This document shows positions 22,196 to 34,364 of a stretch of 64,000 nucleotides of DNA, piece by piece (position 1 is the stretch's first letter; each line of letters opens with the position of its first letter). A program made the position numbers and the translations under genes. The stretch spans positions 8,928,001 to 8,992,000 of the forward strand of contig NC_043016.1 of the NCBI RefSeq assembly GCF_006345805.1, read 5' to 3'. The notes under the pieces are model-generated. The model ran no database searches and was not told where the DNA came from. It saw only the letters and a program-made list of their open reading frames with translations. Source of the DNA: Octopus sinensis. Lineage: Eukaryota.

Positions 22196-23369
22196 AGTCA
22201 TACCCTTGTGTGTATGTCTGACTTTATTCTTTCATATTTGCGAATGAAAGTGTGCTTCCGTGAAAATGTGGGCATTGTAACTTTCACTTTGACTTAAGTG
22301 TAGGCCAATGAATCCCCAAAGTGGGCAGTAGTGCCCCACCCCCCTCTGTGGGGGCGGCAGAAAGATCTAGGGGCATGTTAAAGGAAAGTGGGGCAATAAT
22401 GGAGGGGGGGGGTGTCAAGAAAGGGGCGACAGATGTAAAAAAAAAAAAAAAAAAGCCCAAATAATGGTTAAGTTTTGTGAAGTACATTTGTTTTGAACTT
22501 GCTTCAGGAAGAGGTCTAGGTTTGTGGTGGGGTGAATGTGGGTGGGCTCTAGGGATGTTGCCTGTGTGCCAAGGGAGTGGCAACCCTAAAAAATCACTGC
22601 TGTAGGTGAATCGCGCATCAAAACCCATGTGGAATAACTGATCTCTTACTAGCGATGGTGATGTTATGCCTCCGTTCATCTTCCTGGACTATGCTTAGCA
22701 TCCGAAAGGGTATGGGCTGTAAAACAATACTTGAAATAACATTTGTTCCATCTATGAAAGCATAGCAAAAAAATGTGAAATAAATATGTTAATTACGAAA
22801 GAACAGGAGTTACATAATCACTTTCATTAGCTAATGAAAGTGATAACGTAACTTTTGCTCTTTTGTCGTTCATTAATTGATAATGCTCTGCTCTGACCTG
22901 CTGGTTTACTGTGAAGTACAAGTATATTGAGTTCTAAGATTTGGTTATTAATATTACGATGACTAAGTAAAATAGCACACGCACCCTCACACACACATAC
23001 ACACACACACACACATTGTTTGAACAGAAATGAGCTAAGCGAAATTTTTCAGTGGACATATATTTGAACAACTTTGGCAAATACAAGTATATGAAAAACC
23101 ACACAATATATCTTCTTGATTTATTAAAATTATCTTTAGCTGCTAGAGGATGCCATAATTCCCAAATGGCAATTAAGGTCGGCTGCATATAAGGGGAGAT
23201 AATCTAAAAAAAAAACTAGAATTCTCCACATTTAGCATGCGCTGTGTATGTGTGTGTGTATAGGGTGCAGGGAATAAATTGCCTAAATTTCACAAAACTG
23301 AAAATAACACTGATATCTCATTTTAACAGATATAGCGAAAGCAAAATCGAATTGAACCAGCCAGGATCC

Positions 23370-23692
23370 CTGGTCTGGTGGTACGTAAAAAGCACTATCC
23401 GACTCGTGGCCGATGCCAGCGCCGCCTCGACTAGCTTCCGTGCCGGTGGCACATAAAATACACCAATCCGACCGTGGCCGTTGCCAGCCTCGCCTGACAC
23501 CTGTGCAGGTGGCACGTAAAAAGCACCCACTACACTCACGGAGTGGTTGGCGTTAGGAAGGGCATCCAGCTGTAGAAACATTGCCAGATAAGACTGGAGC
23601 CTGGTGCAGCCTTCTGGCTTCCCAGATCCCCGGTCGAACCGTCCAACCCATCCTAGCATGGAGAATGGACGTTAAACGATGATGATGATGAT
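23370..23692 (+). mobile_element. S3 element, low divergence
   Basis: Conserved body with CpGs intact and tail GGACGTTAAACGATGATGATG. Confidence 0.9.
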
Positions 23693-23699
23693 TCACCAA

Positions 23700-23980
23700 T
23701 GTGGTGTATGCGGGAGATTTGAAATAAGGACACCTACCTTCTCTTTGTCGGCGCAGACCTCTCCAGCGGTAATGCACCCTTCCACGTGGCCCAACCCAAA
23801 CGCTAGAAATAGCAGCTGCTTTTCGCCTACCTTGACAGTGCTCACACGTCCAGCTTGGTCGGCTACCCCGATCAAAGAGACCCAATCCTCCTCTGCCTGT
23901 GCACGCTTCACTCCTGCCCTTTCCTTTTCCGGTCAGCCCCAAGTTTCATTCAGCTCCCCAGCTGCTGATGTTATCCCACA
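23700..23980 (-). mobile_element. 3' LTR (281 bp) of a Gypsy retrotransposon
   Basis: TGTGG...CCACA termini, purine-rich PPT-like AAGATCAGGGTGGCG immediately upstream on the minus strand, and integrase further upstream. Confidence 0.7.
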
Positions 23981-24099
23981 CGCCACCCTGATCTTAAAGA
24001 TCACATTCTCTCCGCTCCACGTCAAAGTCCACCATCCAACCGGGAGGGGTGCGTCGAGATCTTCTCAGGCTAGGCACCTTGTTCTCCTCTCCACAATCA

Positions 24100-24700
24100 T
24101 CATCCGATGAAGCAACAGTCCTGCAAAGGTCCAAGATATCACGCCATTTCATCCACAGAGACGTTGTTTCTGGAATTGACTCCTGTCACCGTTCCTCTGC
24201 TCCATTGAGACATACAGCATGCCTTCAAGGGCAAAACCCAGATTTCCTCCCCTGTTTTCACGCAAGCAGGTCCCTTCTCTTCCTCGTGGCCCTCCAGCGC
24301 TTTACTCGGATGCCTCCATTCATGTTTTAATACCGCTCTATGCAGCACAGATTCTTCGACTTGTCTGGATCAGGGAGACATGTTGTACCAGAAAATTGCT
24401 TCCAGCGGCGAAATGTGCCCTCTTTCTGCTATGGTCTTGACTGTCCGATGGTGCCTCTCTATGATTCTGTTACTGCTTGGCCTATACGCTGCTCTTACAA
24501 GCGATGCACTTTTCACTGGTTGAGCATATCCCTCAATGCTTTCGAACAAAACGCCGCCCCGTTGTCCATTAGCAGTTCTTCCATGGGACCCCTCTCTAAA
24601 AATATCCCGTTCAAAATCTGCGCAATATCAACTGCAATGCCTGTTCTCAACTCCCTCCAAATGGCCAGCCTGTTGAGGGGAAGACGTTCAAGGCTCTCTA
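24100..24700 (-). pseudogene. Gypsy integrase remnant
   Basis: LAIWRELR...GPMEELLMDNGAAFCS...AYRPSSNRIIERHHRTVK...EAIFWYN, containing the second D and the E of DDE, with stops and one frameshift. Confidence 0.85.
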
Positions 24701-25314
24701 TTTCTTCACCATCTGATCCTGGTAGAAATTCTTCTCATCTGAGAAAAACCAAAGCATGTTTGGTTGGAGAGGATACTTGAGTTTGTTCAAAAGCTTCATA
24801 GCATGATCTTTCCTCTTGTCCTTGATGGTCTGGGATAAAAACTGGCCCTTTCTCATCTTGTATGAGGAATATCGAATGTCTTTGTGCACTACCTGCCTGA
24901 TAAGAAACTCAGACACTTCCATGTCTCTGGCTATGGACCTGATTGACTTGGAGGGATCATTGTCAATCATGGCCTGAATCTCACCAACAAATTCAGGACT
25001 TCTTCTTAGAATGATCTGTGAGTCTTTTGAGCTGCTGTACCTTTGTAATCTCCAACTCTTTCTGAATCCGACTGCACTGTCCTCAGATCAATACCCATAC
25101 ACTCTGAAATATTCATATTGGAGCTTCCAGCATGAAGTGCCAAACAGTACAGCAGGTCATTTCCAAATTGGTGGTAGTCAATTGTGTCATGGTGCTGTTT
25201 TTCTCACAGACAGTACCCAACTGACCCTACCATACTGTGTAGTCGACAAAATCAGAAACAATGTACATGCATGAAATTAAAAATATAAAATGGCGACAAT
25301 TCACCCATCACACT
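24700..25314 (-). mobile_element. Tc1/mariner-superfamily transposon, left end plus truncated transposase
   Basis: ORF 24698-24970 DPSKSIRSIARDMEVSEFLIRQVV...LWFFSDEKNF (HTH and first catalytic D). Terminus GTGTGATGGGTGAATTGTCGCCATTT abuts (TA)n. Confidence 0.85.
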
Positions 25315-25341
25315 ATATATATATATATATATATATATGGA

Positions 25342-25535
25342 GGCGCAGGAGTGGCTGTGTGGTAAGTAGCTTGTTTACCAACCACATGGTTCCGGGTTCA
25401 GTTTCGCTGCGTAGCACCTTGGGCAAGTGTCTTCTACTATAGCCTCGGGCCGACCAAAGCCTTGTGAGTGGATTTGGTAGACGGAAACTGAAAGAAGCCC
25501 GTCGTATATATGTGTATATTTGTGTGTGTGTTTGT
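25342..25535 (+). mobile_element. S2 SINE, 5' half
   Basis: GGCGCAGGAGTGGCTGTGTGGTAAG head and CORE-like segment. Confidence 0.85.
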
Positions 25536-25559
25536 CTGTTGATCATGGCATACCTGCTG

Positions 25560-26300
25560 TTGATCATTTTTTTTGTTTTACCAACAGGATGAAAGCTTCT
25601 TCATGAATGGTATCCAAACACTGCAACATTTGTGGACCAAATTCTGAACTAGTCTCTTCATACATGCATAAAATCTTAAAAGCACTAAAACATTTCCAAC
25701 GAATAATTTTTTTTTTCCCTCACATCTAAACATGCTACTTCACCAATTCCTCTTCATCCACCTCTCCCAATAATATACATAACACTTCCACAGCTTCACA
25801 CAACTCTAGAAATTATTTACAAGTTTCTCTATCCAAACAGTTTCCACAAAAGATTTCCTAAAATAAGTACACAAATCTACATACACACAGAAAATATATA
25901 TTTGTATGCAAGCAAGTTGGATAACTTTTCTTTTTTTAATCCTTTTCAATTTTCTTTTGGTTTAAATTTTTTTCATAAATTTTTGTTTTTAATCTTTTTT
26001 TCTTTTAAATTTTTATTTTTCTCTTCTTCGTACCTGAATATATAAACATATTTTATAATGCTCCATTTTGGCATATATCCAGATGCCTAAAATAACATAA
26101 AATATCTATGTTTGAAACAGAATTTAAGAAATATTTATAAACACATAAGCCCACAAACTCTATTTGCATAAAGCACAAGAGTTAAAATCTGCATATACAA
26201 ATCAAATTGCTTATAAAACAATGATCACCTAGGGAGAAACATATAAACCAACAACCTTGACACCTATCCAAATCCTTTTGTGAACATCTTATAGATCTTA
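25560..26300 (+). pseudogene. Highly decayed PLE-like RT remnant
   Basis: Weak motifs TFVDQIL, IYITLPQLHTTLEIIYKFL and THKPTNS..HKS resemble PLE RT and thumb; many stops. Confidence 0.35.
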
Positions 26301-26304
26301 TTTA

Positions 26305-26620
26305 TTTATCTCCCTAACAAGTGCACACATAAACACACCAACCATTGAGTCCTTACATCTCTTGATTGTACATATAAACATATATCTTTTTTCATTCACA
26401 CATACGAGGAAAGCGGGAACAGTTAACAAAAAAATAAGATCTTTATATATCCCCCTAACAAGTGCGCACATTATAAACACACCAGCCATTGACTCCTTAC
26501 ATCTCTTGCTTGCACATATAATTGTATCTTGTATACACACATACAATGAGGAAAGTGGAAACAGTTAACAACAGTAACAACAAAAAATAGAACATCTTAT
26601 TTATCTCCCTAACAAGTGTG
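26305..26620. repeat. ~145-bp unit tandem duplication (about 2.2 copies)
   Basis: CCCTAACAAGTG recurs near 26311, 26453 and 26607 with matching intervening sequence. Confidence 0.75.
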
Positions 26621-26649
26621 CTATATCTTCACGTCCCTTTTTTTTTTTG

Positions 26650-29600
26650 TTTACCTTTGTACTATGGTACAGATGGGCAGACAGAACAAAACTGCCATGG
26701 TTTCATCCGTAGATGAGCTGTGCGACAAAACTGGTCGCTGTCCTAAAATAGAGCATTGCCCAGTAAATCACATCTGTCATCTATGAACAAAACTCGAAAA
26801 TTCCTTCCGAAATAGATGGGTTGAATGCAGTAAATGTCATGTTTTGATCTGCTTTCAATGTGCCACAAACTTTCAAAAGATCCCAGGTCAAAAGAAAGGA
26901 CACTATACTTCTATGATGGATAAACTCTGGGAAATGGTCCAGCTACCAAACTGGTCTACTATTGCTGCTGAACAGCAACTACAAAATCCCTCAACCGTGT
27001 CTTCCACTGCCATTGCTGCTGAACAGCAAAAACCCAACTACTATGTCTCCGAAAACCAGTTCCATTGATGAAGAACAACAAAAATTAAAACCGCCCATGT
27101 CTTCCTCCCCTGTCACTCTTCAACAACAGCATCAAAAATCGGCCATTCCTGTTGAAGAACATCAACAAAAACTTAAGCTGCCCGTGTCTCCCCCCCCCCC
27201 CCCATTGCTCTTCAACAACAAAAATTGATCATTCCAGCCAGAGTACTTCAGCAGAACAAAAGCCAACCATGCCCTCCTCTCTGGATACTTCTCAACATCA
27301 AGAAAAATCGACCATCAGCACAGAAGTTGCGGAAATTAGACAAATGATTTCTGCTTTAAGCTGCGAAATAGCAGGAATCATAACCAGCGTCTGTGCAAAA
27401 CTTCACAATGAGGGGTCATATCAGAGTGCCTTGCTCAGCAATTTACCTGTAGCTCTTACGGAACCTCGACACATCGAGGAAGTCACTGAATCAATCACTC
27501 ATGAGGTAATTGCCATCGGAGTATCGGGAGATGTAGTAGATCTACAGGCATTTACTGGAAACACATCTAAGGACCTAAGTTGTGTTCCTCCAAAAAGTGC
27601 TTTCTGCCTTGGCTGACCAGGATCCAAACCCAGATTGATCAGGCTGATGTTTCCAAACGCTACTGAGGCGCGGGCATACCATCTAGCTGCTGATAGGCTC
27701 AGCGTGAAAACAGAATTACCTTTAGGACACGTCCTGGCCTTCCACCTGATGTACACCCAAAGCTAAGATCTGTAGCTTCCCAAAATCGCAACTCTGTGCC
27801 ACAGGAAAGCTTTAGCCTATGCGATGATGGGCAAATATGGAAATTCATCAAGTCTGGTGAGTCGTGGATAAGGGATATCAGTTGGACTGAGCAAACTGCA
27901 TCCACATTAACTGGCAATACAAAAATCATGGGAAACTAAAGAACAATCAGCCATCCCCTGTATATCATCGCCATTTGAAATCCAGATACAAACTGCTGTC
28001 CTTGAATGCCTGTAGTTTATGCAACAAGGTACATCTTTTTGACTCTTACATCAAAAGTATTGACCTAGATTTCATCACAGTCAGGGAAACATAGGCACAT
28101 TCTGCACTCTGTGATGGGGTTTTCAGCATAGCCGGCTACAACCTGTTCTGCAAAGACCGCATTAATCGCCGTGGTGGGGGTGTGATGGTTTATGTTCGTT
28201 CAAATCTATCGGCAATTCCTTATGATGATTTGAACCAATCTCAGCAGGAAGTGTTTTTCTGCAATATACACATGACCATGTCAACACTTCTACTTGAAGT
28301 TGTTTACTGCCCCCACAAATTATTGTCAAGACACACAACTTTTTGATATCCAGAGTTGCTGCCATAAAAACAGCCACTTATGTTTATATTGCAGGGGACT
28401 TCAATTTCCCTGAGATTGACTGAGAGGCCTTCTGTTGGCTGCAAAGTGCAAACAATTTCCTTGAACTGGTGCTAATTCAAATTGGTCCCAAGTTGTTACC
28501 TCCTCCACAAGGGGTATTTGGATCTGCTATTTACCGCTTCTCCTGAAACAATTATTAGTGTCACTACTAAGTCCATCCCCTCCACACCATGGTGGGGATG
28601 CTGGCAATGGGTAGTGTCAGAACTATGCTGTCAGGAACTTCGGTTCCTGATAGGGCCACCCAAGGCGGATTGGTATGACACCGAGTGGTATTAGGGCCAC
28701 AACCTGGCAGACGGGGTGAAAATCCTTGGAGTGTCTGTTTCAGCAACCGGCGGCTCTTCGGTCATTCTGTCCCTGCGTCTGCAGACAATCTGCGGCAAAC
28801 AGGATGTCTCTACATGCTGGATTGTTGAGGACCGCTTGTGAAATCTACATATTCCCATGAAACTTCTTTCATGGTAGAAACTGACTCAACCCGCCCAGGT
28901 GAATATCGCCACAAGTACAAGTAACCTTTAGGTGACTCTGATCATTCCATGATCATGGCTGACTTGTCTCTGATTAGTTGTAACAAAAACCACAACCATC
29001 TTCAAACTGCCCACTTTGACTGGAATAAAGCAGACTGGAGCTCTTATTGTACCGAGTCGCGAAGCCCAAGCTGGCTCGAATTTTATGCCTCTGGAGATCT
29101 GAACACTATACTTCAGAACATTCTGAATTCAATATGGGTGGCACGTGCAGCATCGGTACCACAGAAACACAAAAAAAACCCCACCCAATAGTGCAATTTG
29201 AGAGTGCAGCAGTCCGACTTGCCAGGAAAGAACGCCATAATGCTGAACAGGATTACAAATTGCACAAATCAGAGATCAACAGGAAAAAGCGCAATAGATC
29301 AGCCAACCATCTCAAGCAGGTGACAAAAAAGGCAGTGCTTGAATTCGAACAGCGCAATGCAACCAACCCTGACAGCAAAGTGTCCTGGAAGTACGTACAT
29401 TCAAAGCAGAAACCTCACTCTCCAGTTGGTCCCCTTCGCAATCCCCACACAGGGCAGATTACTGGCAATCCCAAAGAATGTGCAGACATCTTTACTGTCG
29501 AAAATCAAAATGTTCCATCTCCATCACCTCTGACACTTTTCACTCTTAGTGTTGCTGAAGCATGGAACAAACTGCCAGTATCAGTTGTTAGTTGTCAGAG

Positions 29601-29790
29601 CACTGCATCCTTCAAAACTTCCATGCTTCCTGAGATTTGCCAACACTACACCTGATTTTCTCCCCTCCATACACACGCAAGCATGTATCTGACTCATACA
29701 CTGTTCACTTTCCAGGCATTTGTACATTACTGCATATGCTTTATACGCACTTTTGACAAGTTGTGGTGCACCTGAGCACTGTATACAATC
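26650..29790 (+). mobile_element. CR1-type LINE: ORF1 (PHD-like), APE endonuclease, tether and 3' end, RT domain deleted
   Basis: ORF1 WVECSKC..ICFQC and PRLIRLMF. ORF2 LNACSL..NK, RET*, GYNLFCKDR..RRGGGV, GDFNFPEID, LDLLFT, GDSDH and NKADW. Tether SWKYVHSK is joined to VAEAWNKLPVSVV..FK. CATTATT tail. Confidence 0.85.
28580..28925 (+). mobile_element. ~340-bp foreign insertion inside the CR1 endonuclease
   Basis: Separates LDLLFT..SVTTK from PLGDSDH, which are normally adjacent. GC-richer; its 3' part reads MKLLSW*KLTQPAQVNIATS, possibly the 5' end of another LINE. Confidence 0.5.
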
Positions 29791-30784
29791 ATTTCATTAT
29801 TTTAACATTCTTATATATCTACCAATGCGGTGTTGAGCACTCATTTCATTATTTGACATTTATGTATACACATACTCCTTATATATCCAACAATGCAGTG
29901 TTGAGCGTTGTATAGGCACACCTTTGACTGTGTTGCATTCATAAATGCTGTGAGCATTAGGTTGTTGGAAATCAGTAACTAATGATTATATTGTGCACAA
30001 AGTGCATTTATACAGAAATAAATACAGTGTAGAACAAAGGTGTAGTCCCTGGGGCATTCCTTGGTGAAAAGCAATTTATTATCTATTACTTTTGATACTG
30101 ACTCCACATGGGACTACCTTTGGATCTATGAAACACATTTTCCTATTTTAAAATGGTATAAATTAAAACTTTCACTATTGCTGACATCATTAGAATTTAT
30201 AAACTTCAAGATTTTTTTTTTTTGAACAGAGAATCTTGAATCAGATAAAGTTATAAAATAATAGCTTGTAAATATTATTTCTAGCTTTATCTGTTTTGAG
30301 AGCCACTGTCCTCTCCAAAAGAATTCTTGCTGATAAGAATAAAGTTTCTAAAATGAAAAGAGAAATTCCAAAAGATTGCTTTGGTCCAATAGCAGAATGT
30401 ATCCTGTTTAGAAGAGATGTGGGTTCAAATCCCATGGCAACCTTTGACTTTTAATATCCAAAGGGTTTCTCAACTCAATATTTACACTTTTCTAACTTTA
30501 TCTATTTTAAGATCCATTGTTCCAAAAAAAAAAAAAAATAGCCCAACTTATATTATTAGTGTATTCTGAAGTTCAGCTGAACGGAAAAATTATATTACTA
30601 AAGTTAAATTTTACTAAAATTATTTCCCTGAATTATAACAAAAGTGTTAGATTATATTTTTTATTTTTTAAATTTATTTTTGAGGATGCCATGGTTGTAT
30701 GATTGTTTTACATCCAAGTAATTGAGAAGATTTATGAGTGAAAGGAGTGATACAGTTCTATATTTAAGAGATGAGGAATTATGT

Positions 30785-30985
30785 ACATTATTTACACATT
30801 GTTTCAACTGATATACCCTCCAGCCTTCATCAGGTGTGTTGGGGAAATTTTGAACCTGGGTTCTCATTCCTAAGGTATATTTCAGTGTTATTAGTATTAT
30901 TATTATTACTATTATTATTATTCTGGTCACTGCCTGGAATTGAACTCGGAATCTTGGGGTTAGTAGCCTGTGGCGTAGTGGTTAA
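30785..30985 (-). mobile_element. S4 SINE (tRNA head, (AAT)n, HHR-like tail at 30794-30837)
   Basis: Minus strand reads ACAC-CTGATGA-A-GGCTG-GAGGGTATAT-CAGTT-GAAA-CAA-T-GTGT; homologous to 5180-5358. Confidence 0.75.
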
Positions 30986-32104
30986 TACATATCCGTAAAA
31001 TGTAAATAATGGAAAGGATTGATTATGGCTATTTCCTTTTCATATTTCACACACGCACACGCACGTCATGGACTTCATCATCTGATGACTTATTTTTGAT
31101 ACTGTTTAAATTTTATGCAAGAAGCATTTTTTTTTTTTTTTCAAACAGCTTAATTGCAGATCTAAATCATTTAATATCTACTTTGAGGCAGTTTTTTTAC
31201 AACTGTTGCCAACTCACCTATACTAAGAAACATAACATTTCCCCTTGACTGGATATGTTCTTACAGAATACTAGAAACGACACTATTTTTATAACAGTGG
31301 CACTTGTTTACATCTGATGTCATGACAAACATGCATGCTCTTATGTATACATACACATGCTCAAAGGCACTCACACCCGCATATATAAATGATGGGCTTC
31401 TTTCAGGTTCTATCAACCAAATCCACTCAGAATGTTTTAGCTGGCTTGAGGCTGTAGTGGAAGGCACTTGTCTAAGGTGCCACATAGTAGGACTGAACCT
31501 GGAACTGTGTTTCTTGGCAGAAGACTGCACCTATGTATCGGACTAAATCCTTCCAAATTAATTTTCAAAATAATTTGTTTACTCTGAAACAAAAAGAAAA
31601 CACACTAAGCTTTTATAATGGTGTATAATTTTTATATCTTATCACATTTATTGATAGTTATAAAAGCCTGAAACTTTGGTTGCTTTTAATATGGGGGCAC
31701 CCTGTATAGTGCCTGATGAAAATGAGGATAAAGAGTGATGATAATTATGATGTTGGTGATTGTAATGATGTAACAAATATTTGATGCATGTGGCTCTGTC
31801 ATGGTGTGGCTGGTGGAAGAATTTTGTCGTTTTGTTTTTAGTTTTACCAAACTAAATCTCAATCCATGACCCAATTTAGATTCCCAGTAAGAACTATAAA
31901 TGTTGCTCTTCCTTCCTGTATATCCTTTTGACTTTCTATTCCTAAGAAATTAATATTGGTTTCAAGTTTTGGCACAAGGCCAGCAATGTTGGGGGTAGCA
32001 GGGGGCAAGTTGATTACATTAATTGGTACTTATTTTGACTTGTACGGATGAAAGGCAAATTCAACCTCAAGAGAATTTGAACTCAGGCAAAATGTTTAGC
32101 AGCA

Positions 32105-32410
32105 GTTCATTTTTTTGTTTGTTTGTTTGTTCCTTCTTGAGCCATGCCTGTTTTCCGGTTTCCTTGGCTTATAGGTTCCCCACCTGAACGGGACGCCGGT
32201 CCGTCGCAGGTGAGCTGCTAGATGCAGGAGGAAAGAGCGAGAGAAAGTTGTGGCGAAAGAGTCAGCAGAAGTTTGCCATTTCCTTCTGCCAGAGCCGCGT
32301 GGAGCATTAGATGTTTCGCTCACAAACACACATCACCTGGTCAGAGATTCGAATCTGCGATCCCTCGACCGCGAGCCTGCTGCTCTAACCTCTAGGCCAT
32401 GTGCCTCCAC
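32105..32410 (-). mobile_element. tRNA-headed SINE family S6, tail type A ((AAAC)n)
   Basis: Head GTGGAGGCACATGGCCTAGAGGTTAGAGCAGC with B box; body shared with 50849-51150 and 52523-52893. Confidence 0.75.
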
Positions 32411-32884
32411 TGTCTTTAGGTTCTAAGAGATTAACGTTTTGAGGCATTAAGGTTTGAAACTTTTAGAATGGTTTGTACAAACTATTTACTTCCAGTGGTG
32501 GATCATTGATACAACTGTTTTGTGTGTAAACATTGCAGTGAAATTCACATGTATTGTTTGACTTTAGCCCACCAGATGGCATAGCGACTTGTTTCTTTTT
32601 ATTTTCTTTTTTCCATATTTGTCAAGAAAAAAACAAAAATATCATTTATCTCTCTCTTCTTCCCTATCTGTTTGTGTGAATACATTCATACATGCTTAGT
32701 AACTAGCTTAATAAATGCCAATATAAGGAACTCTTATATTACTTTATTAAGAATATATCTATATTGTTGTATTTAGGAATGGTCATTTTGCCAGTTTAGC
32801 CAATAAAAACACACGCACTATATATTTGGTGTCACTTTGCTTCAGCGTTATTTATTTTTTACATTAATCTTAATCTTATTTCGG

Positions 32885-32924
32885 CCAGAGTTCTTTCGTC
32901 ACACTTCTGTGATCTCATCAGTGG
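32885..32924 (-). ncRNA. Minimal hammerhead-like motif inside a pLTR-like repeat (about 32750-33050)
   Basis: CCA-CTGATGA-G-ATCACA-GAAG-TGTGAC-GAAA-GAAC-TC-TGG: intact CUGAUGA, GAAA and UC, 3-bp stem I, 5-bp stem II with a mismatch at its base. Confidence 0.6.
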
Positions 32925-33305
32925 TCCTTTGCTTTCTTCCTTATTTGTGTGTCTCTCCTTACTAACGGCCAGCCATTTTGTATTTTGTATTCCAATTATA
33001 TATCTATATTTTTGTTAATCTACATTTTGACTTTTCATATCAATAAGAATTATGAAGGCTTTTAGTCTTAGTTCAATTACAAAAGTGTTAGGTGTCTATA
33101 AAAGTATGACATTTATTTATTCTTCTTTCTTTCATACACACACACACACACACACACACACCACACACACACACACACACCTAGTGGTCACCTGGCCTTC
33201 ACTCTGCTCTGTACTCATATGTATTCATGAGGCATCTAGTGTAATGCTCATGTGTCAGATTGTAGTTAAAGACTGCTAGTTGCCTCTCTTCATGAGCAAA
33301 AGGTT

Positions 33306-33528
33306 TAACCCTTTAATGTTTAAACCGGCCATATCCGGCTCAAATATTCCAACTGTTTTATGTTCAAACTGGCAAGATTCAGTCTCTTACACCTATCCTA
33401 CAATATCATTCTAAAGCTAAACATACCATTGAAATCTCAAAGCTACAACATAATGCATGATTAATTTAAAACAATGTGAATAAATAAGCATTACATTTAA
33501 CAGAGTAATAGGAATGGTAAAGGGTTAA
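33306..33528. mobile_element. piggyBac-type MITE M1, complete
   Basis: TTAA-CCCTTTA...TAAAGGG-TTAA, 223 bp, opposite orientation to 336-558. Confidence 0.85.
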
Positions 33529-34159
33529 ATTTCAACTCAACTTGTTGTTGGTCTGATGTTTCTTGATCTCTGCAGCAGGCATTTCTGGCTGTGTTACTTT
33601 GAAGTTCTGTTAACATCTGTTCTCTTAAGCAGGCTTTTCTATTGACTTGAGACTCCAATCTCTGTTGTTTCTGCTCTGGCGTTTCTTGCTCCCCGAAGTG
33701 AGCTTGTCTGGTTGTTCCAAGCTGAAGTTTTACTTCTTGTTCTTGTGTTTCCATGGCATTTTGTCATCTCAGAGATTGATGCCTGTAAGCCTTTCTTCTT
33801 GTTTTCTGAGCCCTTTGTCTTCTGGACCATGAGGCTTCAAATGATTACAATATTCAATATGATGTATAGAAGAAAACATAATTAATTCCAAAGTAAAATA
33901 TCTAAAGAAAAATAGAAAACAAATCAAAAATAAATCCTGTAACGTTCAGTTCATTTTTTTTTTTTTTTGATTGTTTTCTAAATTCTATCATGTGGCTTTA
34001 TTTCATCCAGCTAGCAAACTTCATAAAAATCTGTTCAGTGTAACAATTGTACCTTTTATAGATATTACCAAACTTCACTTCACAAAACAAAAGTATTACT
34101 TCAAATCATAGCATTTGTTACACAGGAATTTAAAATTGATATAGTAGAAGATTATCTAG

Positions 34160-34209
<50 letters not shown>

Positions 34210-34364
34210 TAGTCATCATTTAACGTCTGTTGTCTGTGCTGGCATGGATTGGATGGTTTGACCAGGCTGGTAAGCTGAGGAGTTGCACCAAACTCCCGTC
34301 TGATTTGGCATGGTTTCTATGGCTGGATGCCTAACTCTTCTCTTAATTAGTTGGGCTATGATCC

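Noticed and set aside
23553-24780. ORFs of 129-146 aa at 23553, 23679 and 24340
   Set aside because: They are LTR or SINE read-through frames or the antisense of the Gypsy integrase.
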